Positions 42,355 to 52,628 of a stretch of 59,319 nucleotides of DNA are shown piece by piece. The stretch comes from Synergistaceae bacterium. Lineage in GTDB: Bacteria; Synergistota; Synergistia; Synergistales; Aminobacteriaceae. The DNA lies in NCBI GenBank assembly GCA_017445205.1, contig JAFSUP010000023.1, positions 1 through 59,319 on the forward strand, given 5' to 3'. A program made the translations under genes and the position numbers. The notes beneath the pieces were generated by a model, which was not told where the DNA came from, did no database searches, and saw only the letters and a program-made list of their open reading frames with translations. Each line of letters opens with the position of its first letter. Position 1 is the stretch's first letter.

Positions 42355-44235
42355 TTATTCGCTCTGTGCTTCTACTTTATCTCGATCGACGATCGCTTGA
42401 ATCTCTTCGTGATTGATGACTTCTTTTTCTTGAAGAATGCCCGCAACTTCGTGAAGAATTTTTTCATGCTCCTTCAAAATATTAATTGCGTGTTCTTGAG
42501 CTTCGGTTACAAGTCTGCGAATCTCTGCGTCAATCACGACGGCCGTATCGTCGCCAGTGTCTTCGCGAATATGCGTTGCGCCTCCTAGATACATCATAGC
42601 CGGTGCTGCATAACGAACAGGCCCAAGCTTTGAAGACATTCCGAACTCAATCACCATTCGCCGCGCCGTCTCTGTCGCGCGTTCAAGATCATTCGACGCT
42701 CCCGTAGTAGGTTCGTTAAAAACTAAAAGCTCCGCCGCTCGTCCTCCTAACATAACGGCCATACGAGTTTTTAATTCGTTCTCGCTGACAAGATATTGAT
42801 CTTCAGTGGGCCGTTGCATCGTGTAACCAAGCGCGCCTTTAGTCGTTGGGATTATGCTGACTTTGTGAACAGGGTCGGAGCCGGGCAAGTAGCAAGCTAC
42901 GAGGGCGTGTCCAGTTTCATGATACGCGACTTTTTTACGAATTTCAGGAGTTAAAGGCGTCTTTCTTTGAAGTCCCGCTACGACTCTCTCAATCGCTAAA
43001 TCAAAATCGTTCGGCGAAACTTTTTCGGCTTTATGTCTTGCGGCCAGTAACGCAGCTTCGTTGGCAATGTTCGCGAGGTCAGCTCCAGAGAAGCCCGGCG
43101 TAACTTTCGCGACCGAACGCAAATCGACTTCAGGAGCTAAAGGAACTTTCTTAGTATGGATTTTCAAAATTTCTTCGCGGCCCTCTTCTGTCGGAAGCAC
43201 AACTTGAATTTGTCTATCGAATCGTCCCGGCCTCATCAACGCTTGGTCAAGAATTTCCGGCCTGTTCGTCGCGCCCATGATTACGACACCGTTGTTATCT
43301 TCAAAGCCGTCCATCTCGGCTAATAATTGATTGAGCGTGTTCTCTTGTTCAGAATTGCCGTTATAGACGTTCATTCGAGATTGTCCGATAGCGTCGATTT
43401 CGTCAACGAAGATAATACACGGAGCTTTCTTCTTAGCTTGGTCAAATAAATCACGAACTCGAGCAGCGCCGACACCCACGAACATTTCAACGAAGCTGGA
43501 GCCGGTTATAAAGAAGAATGGAACATCAGCTTCGCCTGCCGTGGCCTTCGCTAATAAAGTCTTTCCCGTGCCGGGAGGCCCAACGAGTAAAACGCCGCGC
43601 GGCAATTTCGCTCCGAACTTGTCGAAGCGTTTCGGGTCTTTCAAAAAGTCGATAATCTCGCGCAATTCTACTTCGGCTTCGCCCGCTCCGCCAATGTCGC
43701 TAAAGTGGACGCCGGTCATCTCGCCTTGAAGTTCTTTAGCTCGGCTTCGACCGAATGAAAAAATTCCTCCCGCTCCGCCAACGCCGCCCATGTTTCTGAA
43801 AATCAGATACCAGATAATCATCAAAGGCAACAGCGGCAGCATGATCCCCATAAATAAATCTATGATTGTGTCGTGCTTAGCGATCCCGCCAAATTCGATA
43901 TCAGCACTTGCGAGGCGTTCTATTAAAAACGGATCTGTAAGCCGCACAACGCTCTTGAGGTTTTCTGTCTTTTTATTTTTTTTGTTCGATAAGATCACGC
44001 CGCCGACTATCGGACGCTTATCAGGGCTTGTAGTTTCTTTTACAGCGTAAGTTATTCTGCCTTCGGTGATGTCAACTTTCTCAACGTTGCTTGCGTCGAG
44101 GTCAGCAAGAAATTCGCTGTAAGGCACTTCGCCTTGTTTTTCGGCGTAAGGTTTATAAATATACTCGGCAAATAGCCACGCAAATATCAACGCGCCTAAA
44201 AAAAACCATACTGAAAATTTTTGTCCCTTGTCCAT
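42355..44235 (-). CDS. ftsH: ATP-dependent zinc metalloprotease FtsH
   Basis: Walker A GPPGTGKT, the SRH region and the zinc motif HETGHA. Confidence 0.95.
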   Translation of the reverse strand: MDKGQKFSVWFFLGALIFAWLFAEYIYKPYAEKQGEVPYSEFLADLDASNVEKVDITEGRITYAVKETTSPDKRPIVGGVILSNKKNKKTENLKSVVRLTDPFLIERLASADIEFGGIAKHDTIIDLFMGIMLPLLPLMIIWYLIFRNMGGVGGAGGIFSFGRSRAKELQGEMTGVHFSDIGGAGEAEVELREIIDFLKDPKRFDKFGAKLPRGVLLVGPPGTGKTLLAKATAGEADVPFFFITGSSFVEMFVGVGAARVRDLFDQAKKKAPCIIFVDEIDAIGQSRMNVYNGNSEQENTLNQLLAEMDGFEDNNGVVIMGATNRPEILDQALMRPGRFDRQIQVVLPTEEGREEILKIHTKKVPLAPEVDLRSVAKVTPGFSGADLANIANEAALLAARHKAEKVSPNDFDLAIERVVAGLQRKTPLTPEIRKKVAYHETGHALVACYLPGSDPVHKVSIIPTTKGALGYTMQRPTEDQYLVSENELKTRMAVMLGGRAAELLVFNEPTTGASNDLERATETARRMVIEFGMSSKLGPVRYAAPAMMYLGGATHIREDTGDDTAVVIDAEIRRLVTEAQEHAINILKEHEKILHEVAGILQEKEVINHEEIQAIVDRDKVEAQSE

Positions 44236-44268
44236 TTTTGAATTTTTTTGTGGAGTTCCTTTCTAAAT

Positions 44269-44727
44269 TTAATTTTTTATTCCAAGTTGACTGAAGAAAG
44301 CTCGGCCATTTTCACTTCGTTTAGTTCTGTTGTGCAAGCGAGCGAACTCTTCATTAAATTCTTCGCGTTCTTCTTTATCAACTGGCATTAAATCCAAAAA
44401 ATTATTTAATTTGCTCTCAAGTCCTTCGATTTCTTTTGTGCTTGGCGGAACTGTTCGGCCGATGTTCTTCAAACTCATGACCGCGATTTCTGCAATTAAG
44501 ACGGCCATATCGTGAAGCTCTTTATCAGTTTGAGGATCGCTGACGGCTTCCTTAGAAGTGTCTGAATCATTTTTAATTCTCGTTGCGAAACACAAAAAGC
44601 CGACCGCCATTGCCAACCACGTTGCGCCGCCGGCGACGTTATCAATATAAAACATGTAGCCCGCGAAGATGCTCGTGATTATCCCGGCGCAAAATAAAAA
44701 CCAACGGAAAATTTTTTCAAGAGTCAT
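44269..44727 (-). CDS. hypothetical membrane protein
   Basis: Two N-terminal TM helices. I recognise no family. Confidence 0.4.
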   Translation of the reverse strand: MTLEKIFRWFLFCAGIITSIFAGYMFYIDNVAGGATWLAMAVGFLCFATRIKNDSDTSKEAVSDPQTDKELHDMAVLIAEIAVMSLKNIGRTVPPSTKEIEGLESKLNNFLDLMPVDKEEREEFNEEFARLHNRTKRSENGRAFFSQLGIKN

Positions 44728-45289
44728 TTTTGATTAAGTTTCTAAGTTCGCGGGAAGCAGTTTCTAAATCGTCATTGATGATTACAAAATCATACTCATC
44801 TTTTAATTCAAGCTCTTTGATAGCGTTGCTCAATCGTAGCTTCAAATGCTCTTCGGTTTCAGTGTGCCTGTCGCGAAGTCGTTTTTCAAGTTCTTCAATC
44901 GAAGGTGGCGCTATGAAAATCAAAATCGCTTCGGGCATTTTCTCACGAACTTGCAAAGCTCCCTGAACGTCAATTTCAAGTAATACGTCGCGGCCGGCCT
45001 CTAATTCTTTTAACACGTCGGCCTTCAAAGTCCCGTAATAATCCGCGTGAACGTGAGCGTATTCGAGAAATAAATTTTTTTCTATGTCTTCTTTGAATTT
45101 TTCGTGAGTTATAAATCTGTATTGAACGCCATCAACTTCGCCTTCACGCGGCTGACGAGTTGTGCAAGAGATTGAGTAAACGAGATTTTGAAAATCGCTT
45201 AACGCGCGCTCTCTTAGAGTTCCTTTGCCTGCTCCGCTTGGCCCGGAGATTACAAATAATTTTCCGTGATTTAATTTTTTATTCGACAT
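44717..45289 (-). CDS. gmk: guanylate kinase
   Basis: GPSGAGKGT P-loop and TTRQPREGEVDG. The start is placed at MSNKKLNHGK. Confidence 0.9.
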   Translation of the reverse strand: MSNKKLNHGKLFVISGPSGAGKGTLRERALSDFQNLVYSISCTTRQPREGEVDGVQYRFITHEKFKEDIEKNLFLEYAHVHADYYGTLKADVLKELEAGRDVLLEIDVQGALQVREKMPEAILIFIAPPSIEELEKRLRDRHTETEEHLKLRLSNAIKELELKDEYDFVIINDDLETASRELRNLIKNDS

Positions 45290-46166
45290 TTTGAATTTGT
45301 TCGCGCATTTTTTCAACGCAAGTTTTAGCATTAACGACGAGCCAACGAAATTCACTATCCGCAACTTTTGAACCCATCGTATTAAGTTCTCTGATTATCT
45401 CTTGAATCAAAAAATCTAACTTTTTCCCCGAACATTCATCTTCATTCAAAACGATTTTGAATTTTTCAATATGAGCTTCAAGCCTGTCGCTCTCTTCTGT
45501 AACGTCCCAACGGTCAGCAGCAAGTGTAACTTCTTCAGCTATTCTTGGTTCGTCAAGTTCGAGATTATATTTTTCAAGGACGGTTTCGATTCTTGTCCTT
45601 ATGGACTCTAAAGCAGCGTCGCGCGCAATTTCCCAACGTGCTTTCATATCTTCGAGGGAAATTTCTAAATCTGAAAGATTATTTTTAAGAACGATTTTAA
45701 TTTTCTCTCCTTCAGATTTTTTCATTTCGATCATGGATTCGATTGCGTCTTTTGCGAGGCTGTCCCAAAGTTCAGGATTCTCGAGCGCGGCACGTTCAGC
45801 GACTGTGGAGGCTCCGCCAAAAAGTCCGGGGATTAATAATAAATTCGTGATGTCGTTTGAAAGTTCGAGATTATTGCGTCGCGTAATTCGTTTTATCTGA
45901 TTATAGAGATTTATAAGTCCTTCTTCGCTAAGCGTGGGCAAATCTGAACCCGGATTCCAAGCTATCGTGGCAGATAGACGAACTTTCCCGCGCTTCACAA
46001 GAGTACGAAGCAAATTTAATAATCTGTTTTCAAGTGATGCTAATTCGACGGGAAGTCTTACGGAAAAATCTTGATACTTATGATTAGTAGAAGACGCTTC
46101 AAAAATTACAGTGCCCCATGGAAAATCATAAGATTTATTTCCGAAGCCGGTCATGCTTAATAACAT
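45279..46166 (-). CDS. YicC/YloC-family protein
   Basis: N-terminal MTGFG motif and the C-terminal DUF1732-like EIIRELNTMGSK. Confidence 0.8.
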   Translation of the reverse strand: MLLSMTGFGNKSYDFPWGTVIFEASSTNHKYQDFSVRLPVELASLENRLLNLLRTLVKRGKVRLSATIAWNPGSDLPTLSEEGLINLYNQIKRITRRNNLELSNDITNLLLIPGLFGGASTVAERAALENPELWDSLAKDAIESMIEMKKSEGEKIKIVLKNNLSDLEISLEDMKARWEIARDAALESIRTRIETVLEKYNLELDEPRIAEEVTLAADRWDVTEESDRLEAHIEKFKIVLNEDECSGKKLDFLIQEIIRELNTMGSKVADSEFRWLVVNAKTCVEKMREQIQNVE

Positions 46167-46188
46167 TTTTATTTCCCTTCATTCATTA

Positions 46189-46815
46189 TTAATTTGCGGC
46201 TTCAAGTTCTCGCATGGATTTTTCAAGCGCTGCCATTATGACGTTGCGGCCGTCTTTACTTTTATAAACTTCGCTTGAAAATTTCAGCGGCTTCCCGAAA
46301 GTGATTTTTATTTTCTTGGGTTTCACGAACGTAGCACCGGTTGGCATTGCCTCATAAGAACCTTTGATGAAGGCAGGGAGGATCGGAGCTTCACAACGCG
46401 CAGCGATTAACGCGACTCCGGCTTCAAGAGGCTGTAATTTACCGTCAAGACTTCTGCCGCCCTCTGGAAAAATTAAAACGTCGCTGCCTTCTTGAAAAAG
46501 TTTCATAAAGCCACGCAACGCACTCGCCGCCGAAGCATTGCTATCACGAGCCACGGGCACGGCACCTAAAGCGCTGATGCACGCGCCGAAGAGTTTATTA
46601 TGAAATAATTCTTCTTTAGCAAAATATTTGAGTCGCCGCGGAAAGAAGCAACCTACGACTAACGGATCTAAATTGCTGACGTGGTTGCAAGCGACTATAA
46701 ATTTTTCATCGGGATTTAATTTTTCGAGCCAGCGGACTGAACAGCGATTATAAATTTTGAGTAAGAAAATAAAAAAGTATTTGACTATAGCGTAAAAAAT
46801 TTTGTTTTGTTTCAT
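46189..46815 (-). CDS. plsC: 1-acyl-sn-glycerol-3-phosphate acyltransferase
   Basis: NHVSNLD (HX4D) and FPEGGRS motifs. Confidence 0.8.
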   Translation of the reverse strand: MKQNKIFYAIVKYFFIFLLKIYNRCSVRWLEKLNPDEKFIVACNHVSNLDPLVVGCFFPRRLKYFAKEELFHNKLFGACISALGAVPVARDSNASAASALRGFMKLFQEGSDVLIFPEGGRSLDGKLQPLEAGVALIAARCEAPILPAFIKGSYEAMPTGATFVKPKKIKITFGKPLKFSSEVYKSKDGRNVIMAALEKSMRELEAAN

Positions 46816-47486
46816 TTTGATAAAGCCTCGTTCACGCGGTCCACTATAAAATTCACTGCTTGCGTTTCGGTCATGTCGGACGTGTCTAAATAAATCGCTC
46901 CGTCCGGGACACTTAAAGGCGCAAGCTCGCGTGTTGAATCATTAATATCGCGTTGCTTGATTGAGTTTAAGATTTCGTCATAATCGGCCTCTTTGCCCTT
47001 CGCGATTCTTTCAAGATAACGACGTTTCGCTCGCGCTTCGGGACTTGCAGTCAAAAAAAATTTCACTTTCGCTTCCGGAAAGACGACGCTGCCGACGTCG
47101 CGACCTTCGGCAACAAGAGAGCCGTAATTTTCTTGTTCCTTTTGAAGTCCCAAGAGAGCCTCACGAACGGCCGGCACCGCCGAATAAATCGAAGCAAGCT
47201 CATCGACTTCAGGAGTTCTGATTTCACTACTGACGTCAAAATCATTCACAAGTACGGACTTATCTTTTAATTCGATTTTGATTTCGCTAAGAGCTTCGCG
47301 CAAAAATTCTTCTGCGTCGGGTTTGATTTCTGACTTCGCAAGAATTAGCGCGATCGCTCTATAAATTGCTCCTGTGTCGAGATATTTTATTCCGAGTTCT
47401 TGAGCTACGCGTTTTGCCACAGAACTTTTACCGGCGCCGGCGGGGCCGTCAATCGTTACCACATAAGACGACTTTGTTATCTCCAT
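46812..47486 (-). CDS. cmk: cytidylate kinase
   Basis: IDGPAGAGKSSVAK P-loop and a GRD motif. Confidence 0.9.
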   Translation of the reverse strand: MEITKSSYVVTIDGPAGAGKSSVAKRVAQELGIKYLDTGAIYRAIALILAKSEIKPDAEEFLREALSEIKIELKDKSVLVNDFDVSSEIRTPEVDELASIYSAVPAVREALLGLQKEQENYGSLVAEGRDVGSVVFPEAKVKFFLTASPEARAKRRYLERIAKGKEADYDEILNSIKQRDINDSTRELAPLSVPDGAIYLDTSDMTETQAVNFIVDRVNEALSK

Positions 47487-47511
47487 TCCTCATTCCTAAT
47501 TTCTAAAATTA
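47487..47511 (-). repeat. heptad repeat, copy e (TTAGAAA TTAGGAA TGAGGAA TGGAG), filling the HDOD-cmk spacer
   Basis: Read on the minus strand. It runs from the upstream stop into the cmk start codon. Confidence 0.6.
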
Positions 47512-48405
47512 AAGTCCAGCCATGTCGCCCATATCTACTGAAACGCTCGCAGCGAAGTCGATCATTTCGGCCAGAAGACCTTCAAAATTTGTTATCCCAA
47601 GACGCTCAAGAGGCTCCGGGAAAATGTAAGACTGAAGACCATCAGCACCAAGTCCGATCCCGAGCATCAAGCATATAGTGTTAGCGACTGTTACGACGTC
47701 GAGTAAAGGCTGATATTCAAGTTTATCTTCGGGAAGTTCGTTGGGCTTATGATGATAAGCGACAGCGACGCGATAGGCTTCGGGCATACCCCATTTTTTA
47801 ATCATGATTTCGCCGATTTCAGCATGGTCAAAGCCGAGCACGTTCACTTCCGCTTGAGTGAAAGGAATATGTTTTTCCTCGACCATCTTAACTATAATTC
47901 CGTAACCGAAACGAACATAATCATTCAAAATTACTTTGCCAATGTCATGAAGCAGTCCTCCGACATAAGCGTCTTCGGTGCCTACCTTTTCGGTCTTCTT
48001 TGCTATTTCTCTTGACGTGTACGCAACCATTAAAGAATGTCGCCACAGTTCGCCGCGATCAAGAGCGTAACCTGTCAATCCCTTATCCATTGCAGAATAA
48101 ACAGTCGCAGCTAAAACAATGTTGCTGACGCTCTTATAACCAAGAAGCGCTATAGCCTCAGAAATATTTGAAATTGTTCTTGACATTCCGTAAGCTCCAG
48201 AATTTGCGAGCTTCAAAATTCTTAACACGAGTCCTTCATCGCGAGAAAGACTTTTCGCAACGTCCGCAGCATTGCTTTCAGGGTCATTTAACTTTCTCAT
48301 CGTTTCCATGACGAACTGCGGGAACGATTTTATGTCTTGCATCTTGTTGATTATTTTGGATTTAATTATTTCTCTGGATTTTGCATCGATCTCACTCACG
48401 GACAC
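47509..48405 (-). CDS. HDOD-domain signalling protein
   Basis: FPQFVMETMRKLNDP...LKLANSGAYG followed by GLLHDIGK. Confidence 0.7.
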   Translation of the reverse strand: MSVSEIDAKSREIIKSKIINKMQDIKSFPQFVMETMRKLNDPESNAADVAKSLSRDEGLVLRILKLANSGAYGMSRTISNISEAIALLGYKSVSNIVLAATVYSAMDKGLTGYALDRGELWRHSLMVAYTSREIAKKTEKVGTEDAYVGGLLHDIGKVILNDYVRFGYGIIVKMVEEKHIPFTQAEVNVLGFDHAEIGEIMIKKWGMPEAYRVAVAYHHKPNELPEDKLEYQPLLDVVTVANTICLMLGIGLGADGLQSYIFPEPLERLGITNFEGLLAEMIDFAASVSVDMGDMAGL

Positions 48406-48424
48406 TACCCCCTTTGTGAAAAAA

Positions 48425-49141
48425 TTAAACTACTCCGCCATTGAATATTTTAGTGTAGAGATCTGAAAAAGACAAACGTATAAACTCACCCGACTTTAAT
48501 TTTTCGAGTTTCATTTTGCCGATCTTGCGCCTGATTAATCGCTTGACATTAAAGCCGGCTTGTTTAGCCATCAATCTAATTTCGCGTTTCAGACCTTCCG
48601 CTATCGTTATTGAAATCCATTGATTCAAAGGCTCTTGGTCCATGACGTTTATATTTATCGGCGCAACGTGTCGGCCTTCTTCAATTTCAAAACCACGTCG
48701 CCAACGTTCAATTTGTTTTTTATTAATCGGAATGTTCAATAACGCTTCGTATTCTTTGAAAATTTTTTTAGACGGGTGAAGGACGCTTTGAGTAAAATTT
48801 CCGTCATTCGTAAGAATCAAAAGTCCTTCGCTCTCGCGGTCAAGCCGTCCGACAGGATAAAGCCGTTCTTTACAATCTGAAATTAAATCTACGATGACAG
48901 GGTCATACTTATCGCTCACGGCGCAGACATAGCCAACGGGTTTATTAATCACGTAATAGACATGCTCAGAAAATTTCAAAATTTTTTTGTCGAGAGTTAC
49001 GGAATCGTTTTCAGGGTCCACTTGAAAGAACGGCGCAAGAACAATTTTGCCATTAACTTGCACGCGCCCTTCGAGGATTAAAATTTCAGATTTTCGCCTC
49101 GACGCTACGCCGCATGATGACAAGAACGAGTTAAGCCTCAA
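48425..49141 (-). CDS. RsuA/RluB-family pseudouridine synthase with S4 domain
   Basis: S4 N-terminus (RLNSFLSSCGVASRR) and catalytic GRLDRESEGLL. The start is TTG after a GGAGG RBS. Confidence 0.85.
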   Translation of the reverse strand: MRLNSFLSSCGVASRRKSEILILEGRVQVNGKIVLAPFFQVDPENDSVTLDKKILKFSEHVYYVINKPVGYVCAVSDKYDPVIVDLISDCKERLYPVGRLDRESEGLLILTNDGNFTQSVLHPSKKIFKEYEALLNIPINKKQIERWRRGFEIEEGRHVAPININVMDQEPLNQWISITIAEGLKREIRLMAKQAGFNVKRLIRRKIGKMKLEKLKSGEFIRLSFSDLYTKIFNGGVV

Positions 49142-49172
49142 AAAATCAGCCTCCTAAAATTTTTCGTAAATT

Positions 49173-49207
49173 ATAAAAAATCTCCCTCGCACTTGGCAAA
49201 GGAGATT
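49173..49207 (-). terminator. trpS terminator
   Basis: The minus strand reads AATCTCC...GGAGATT followed by T6. Confidence 0.45.
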
Positions 49208-49237
49208 TCAAAAATTAATTTTAATTTTCTAAAAAAT

Positions 49238-50254
49238 TTAATTGACGCGCTTGGGGTTCACTAACATTCCCATAGCCGGGTAAATCGTGCTCATTGTTTC
49301 GCGGGCGACTTTCCCAGCGCGTTCGGCACCGTCAGCAAGAATTTCATCGAGCAACGATTTTTTGCCTTCGTATTGCGCGCGGCGTTCTCTAACCGGGGTC
49401 ATCATTTCTTGAATATGAGCGTTTAATTTTTTCTTGCAGTCTATGCAGCCGATCCCGGCGGACTTGCAGCCTTCGCAAATTTCTTTTTTCTCTTCTTCGT
49501 CGTGATTGAAGACTTTATGTAAATCCCAGACGGGACATTTTTCGGGGTCGCCGGGGTCAGTACGTCGCATTCGGGCGGGGTCAGTCTTCATGGTGCGAAG
49601 CTTCTGCCACATTGAATCAGCCGATTCTGAAATTTCAAGCGCGTTCCCGTAAGACTTGCTCATTTTGCGGCCGTCGATGCCCGGGACTTTCGGAGTCTGT
49701 GTGAAGAGCGGTTGAGGTTCGACTAATAAATCTTCGCCGAAGAAATTATTAAAGCGTCGGACGGTCTCACGACTTAATTCTAAGTGGGCGCTCTGGTCTT
49801 CACCGACTGGGACAAGCGACGCACGATATAACAGAATGTCCGCGGCCATTAAGACAGGATAGCCAAGAAAAGCGTAAGTGCTTAAATCTTTGTTTTTGAT
49901 GTTTTCAATTTGTTCTTTATAAGTCGGATTTCTGAACAACCAACCGAGCGGCGTTATCATTCCTAACGCTAGAGCGAGTTCGGCATGTTGCGGGACGTGC
50001 GACTGAATGAAGACGGGGCTCTTGGCCGGGTCAATTCCAACTGCGAGCCAGTCAAGCAGAGCCGTGTAACAATATTCGCCAGTATTAGCCGAGTCAGCGT
50101 AATTTGACATTAGCGCGTGCCAGTCGGCGATACTGTAAAAGCATTCATAATTATCATCGTTCTGAAGTTTTACAAAGTTGCTCAAAGCTCCGGCCATGTG
50201 TCCAAGATGTAAAGGCCCTGTCGGACGCATTGCGCTTAAAACTCTTTTTTTCAT
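49238..50254 (-). CDS. trpS: tryptophan--tRNA ligase with a Cys-rich insertion
   Basis: GHMAG (HIGH-like) and KMSKS motifs, plus C-x19-C-x2-C-x6-C-x2-C. Confidence 0.9.
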   Translation of the reverse strand: MKKRVLSAMRPTGPLHLGHMAGALSNFVKLQNDDNYECFYSIADWHALMSNYADSANTGEYCYTALLDWLAVGIDPAKSPVFIQSHVPQHAELALALGMITPLGWLFRNPTYKEQIENIKNKDLSTYAFLGYPVLMAADILLYRASLVPVGEDQSAHLELSRETVRRFNNFFGEDLLVEPQPLFTQTPKVPGIDGRKMSKSYGNALEISESADSMWQKLRTMKTDPARMRRTDPGDPEKCPVWDLHKVFNHDEEEKKEICEGCKSAGIGCIDCKKKLNAHIQEMMTPVRERRAQYEGKKSLLDEILADGAERAGKVARETMSTIYPAMGMLVNPKRVN

Positions 50255-50289
50255 TTTTAATTTAGAAACCTTTCTTTTAAAATTTAGAT

Positions 50290-51393
50290 TTAAATTCGGT
50301 CAACTCGCCACGCGAAGAAGAAAGCAATAATCATAAAGACGAGGTTAGGCCCCCAACCTGCAACGGCGGGAGGAATGTTTCCGGCTTCGCCTAATGCGCG
50401 ACAGAAAGACATTACGACATAATACGCGAAGACTATAACGACGCTTATCCCGAAGCCGACGCCACCGCCCGAACGTCCTCGCCGCGAAGCGCCGAAGCCA
50501 GCTCCAAGTACCGCCATGATGACGCACGCCCAAGGTACAGCAAGTTTCAAATGAAACATTACCCACAGTTGCGACAAGTCCGTGCCAAGATTCTGAACTT
50601 GATTTATATATGACCAAAGCTCGTGCGCGCTCATGTTTGAAGGTTTACGAGTGCTGCGCTGCAACTGGTCCGGCGATAATCGTAAGGCGAGTTTTTGACG
50701 TTCAAAGCGAAGCAACAAAACTACTTCGCCTTCGCTCGTAACGTTATACATTCGCCCGTCTTCGATCCACCATTGATTATCTTGCCTCATTCCGCGCCGC
50801 GCGTTCAAAGTCGTAGCAAGTCGGCCCGTGTCGTCAAACTCGTGAACCATGATGCCGCTGATTAGTCCTTTATTCGTGTCTAGCTCGTCAATATAGAGAA
50901 CGCGTTTTAATTTTCCTTTCTCTGTGTCGCGAAGAAAAACTTTTTGTTGAATAGCCGAAGCTTGATTTTTCATTATCTCGTAGCGCATTAATTTATCCGC
51001 CGCTATCGAAGCAAACGGCACGACGGTTTCATTAAAGCACAACGCCCCTAGCGCAATAAGAACTGAAGTTAAAATCACGGGCCTTAAAATTCGAGTGAAG
51101 GGAATACCTAGCGACTTTAGCGCGATTAATTCACTTCCTGCGTTCAGCGTTGACATTCCCAGAAGCCCGGCCAAGAGCGACGACATCGGGATTGTCATAA
51201 CGACAACTTCGGGCAGTCGATAAAAAAACAGGCGCGCAACAACTCCAAATGCAACGCCCTGTTCGATTATTAATTTTGCAGCCTGAAATAACAAATCGCC
51301 AGCAACAAAAATTAAAACAAAAATCAAAATTCCAAACAAGAACGGCGAAGCGCACGCGCCTAAAATCAATTTATTTAATAAACTTCTCTTCAT
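50290..51393 (-). CDS. LptF/LptG-family LPS export permease
   Basis: YjgP/YjgQ architecture: 3 TM helices, a periplasmic beta-jellyroll-like region, then 3 TM helices. Confidence 0.7.
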   Translation of the reverse strand: MKRSLLNKLILGACASPFLFGILIFVLIFVAGDLLFQAAKLIIEQGVAFGVVARLFFYRLPEVVVMTIPMSSLLAGLLGMSTLNAGSELIALKSLGIPFTRILRPVILTSVLIALGALCFNETVVPFASIAADKLMRYEIMKNQASAIQQKVFLRDTEKGKLKRVLYIDELDTNKGLISGIMVHEFDDTGRLATTLNARRGMRQDNQWWIEDGRMYNVTSEGEVVLLLRFERQKLALRLSPDQLQRSTRKPSNMSAHELWSYINQVQNLGTDLSQLWVMFHLKLAVPWACVIMAVLGAGFGASRRGRSGGGVGFGISVVIVFAYYVVMSFCRALGEAGNIPPAVAGWGPNLVFMIIAFFFAWRVDRI

Positions 51394-51424
51394 TTTGTTT
51401 TAGAGTCAGAAATGAAATTTTTTT

Positions 51425-51455
51425 CTCACTCCTAACTCCTCACTCCTAATTCCTA
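51425..51455 (-). repeat. heptad repeat, copy d (TAGGAAT TAGGAGT GAGGAGT TAGGAGT GAGAAAA)
   Basis: Read on the minus strand. The first TAG is the stop codon of the upstream gene. Confidence 0.8.
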
Positions 51456-52607
51456 ATTGGATAAAGCATTCGCTGAATATTTGCGCGTCATTGCGTGGGT
51501 TAGTCGGTCAACAAGTTCTTGAGCCGTCGGAAGATTATTCGCATTCTCAAAAACTTCGTGAACGGTCAACATCGTAACGTGTAAAAATTCCTCAAACGTC
51601 GGGCACAGCGCATTCACTATAGCCGTAAGACGCTCAGAAATGTTCTCGATCATTTGATACGGACATTCAGACAGGACGATAAGAATCTGAAATTCCCCGG
51701 TCTGAATAGCCGTGTCTGTCTGACGAATGTCTTTCATGACGCGAGCACAATAAGCACGGAACGGCCTTACATATTTTTCCATGTCGTCATCTGGCAGCAA
51801 CTGCGGGAACACTACGCGAATCATTAAGGCAGCCACAGGGTGATTATATCGGCCGGCCCTGTAAAGCTCGTCAGAGATTCTTGAAAGTCCGTATGTATAA
51901 GAATGCAGCTGTGTATCAGGGTCAGTAAATTGCACCGACTGACCACTTGAAGATTGGCCGTCAGAATTTTCTTCGCCGACCGGAAGACCTTTAGGCGTGA
52001 GCTCAAAATAAAACCTTCGGCCGTTATCCATTCCGATTCTTTTGACGTCCCAAATTTTTTCATTAATTTCGGCTGTCTTAGATACGGGGCTAAACCATTC
52101 GCTAATATTTTTGCCAAGCGTGTTGAGCCTGTCGATTTTTAATATTTTCAACATCTCTTCGCTCAAATTCAAAATCAGTCCCGTTTCGTCCGTGATAAAA
52201 AAATTCAATGGCAACTGCTTGACGTCGTCTTCAACTTCGACAGGAACAACTTTATTTCGTTCCGTCTCTGCTTGATTATAAATAACGACTAGCGCAGCCG
52301 CTCCGCAAATCGCGATTATGACACCGAGCCATTGAAACATTCGCGCGCCGTAAACGATCGACATCGGGCAAAGCAAAATTCCTTGCGCAACAGCTTCAAG
52401 CGGAATCAATCCGACGCCGAAACCGTTTCCGATGAAAGTCCCGTAAAGCACGCTCAAAATTATGAACATCAGCCAGACAAGCGCCCATATAGCAAGGTCA
52501 ACTTCGCCGACTATGCTGCCTTCGCCCATCGCACGCGCAAGCATAATCGTTAAAATCGCAATGACGGGCGGAAACGCTAGCCACTTAAAAAAATTATTCT
52601 GTCCCAT
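51453..52607 (-). CDS. membrane protein with a PAS-like region and a degenerate GGDEF-like domain
   Basis: Four N-terminal TM helices. The C-terminal domain is collinear with GGDEF, but the active-site position reads TGEFQ. Confidence 0.4.
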   Translation of the reverse strand: MGQNNFFKWLAFPPVIAILTIMLARAMGEGSIVGEVDLAIWALVWLMFIILSVLYGTFIGNGFGVGLIPLEAVAQGILLCPMSIVYGARMFQWLGVIIAICGAAALVVIYNQAETERNKVVPVEVEDDVKQLPLNFFITDETGLILNLSEEMLKILKIDRLNTLGKNISEWFSPVSKTAEINEKIWDVKRIGMDNGRRFYFELTPKGLPVGEENSDGQSSSGQSVQFTDPDTQLHSYTYGLSRISDELYRAGRYNHPVAALMIRVVFPQLLPDDDMEKYVRPFRAYCARVMKDIRQTDTAIQTGEFQILIVLSECPYQMIENISERLTAIVNALCPTFEEFLHVTMLTVHEVFENANNLPTAQELVDRLTHAMTRKYSANALSN

Positions 52608-52628
52608 TTGAAAATCTCTTAATCTGAA

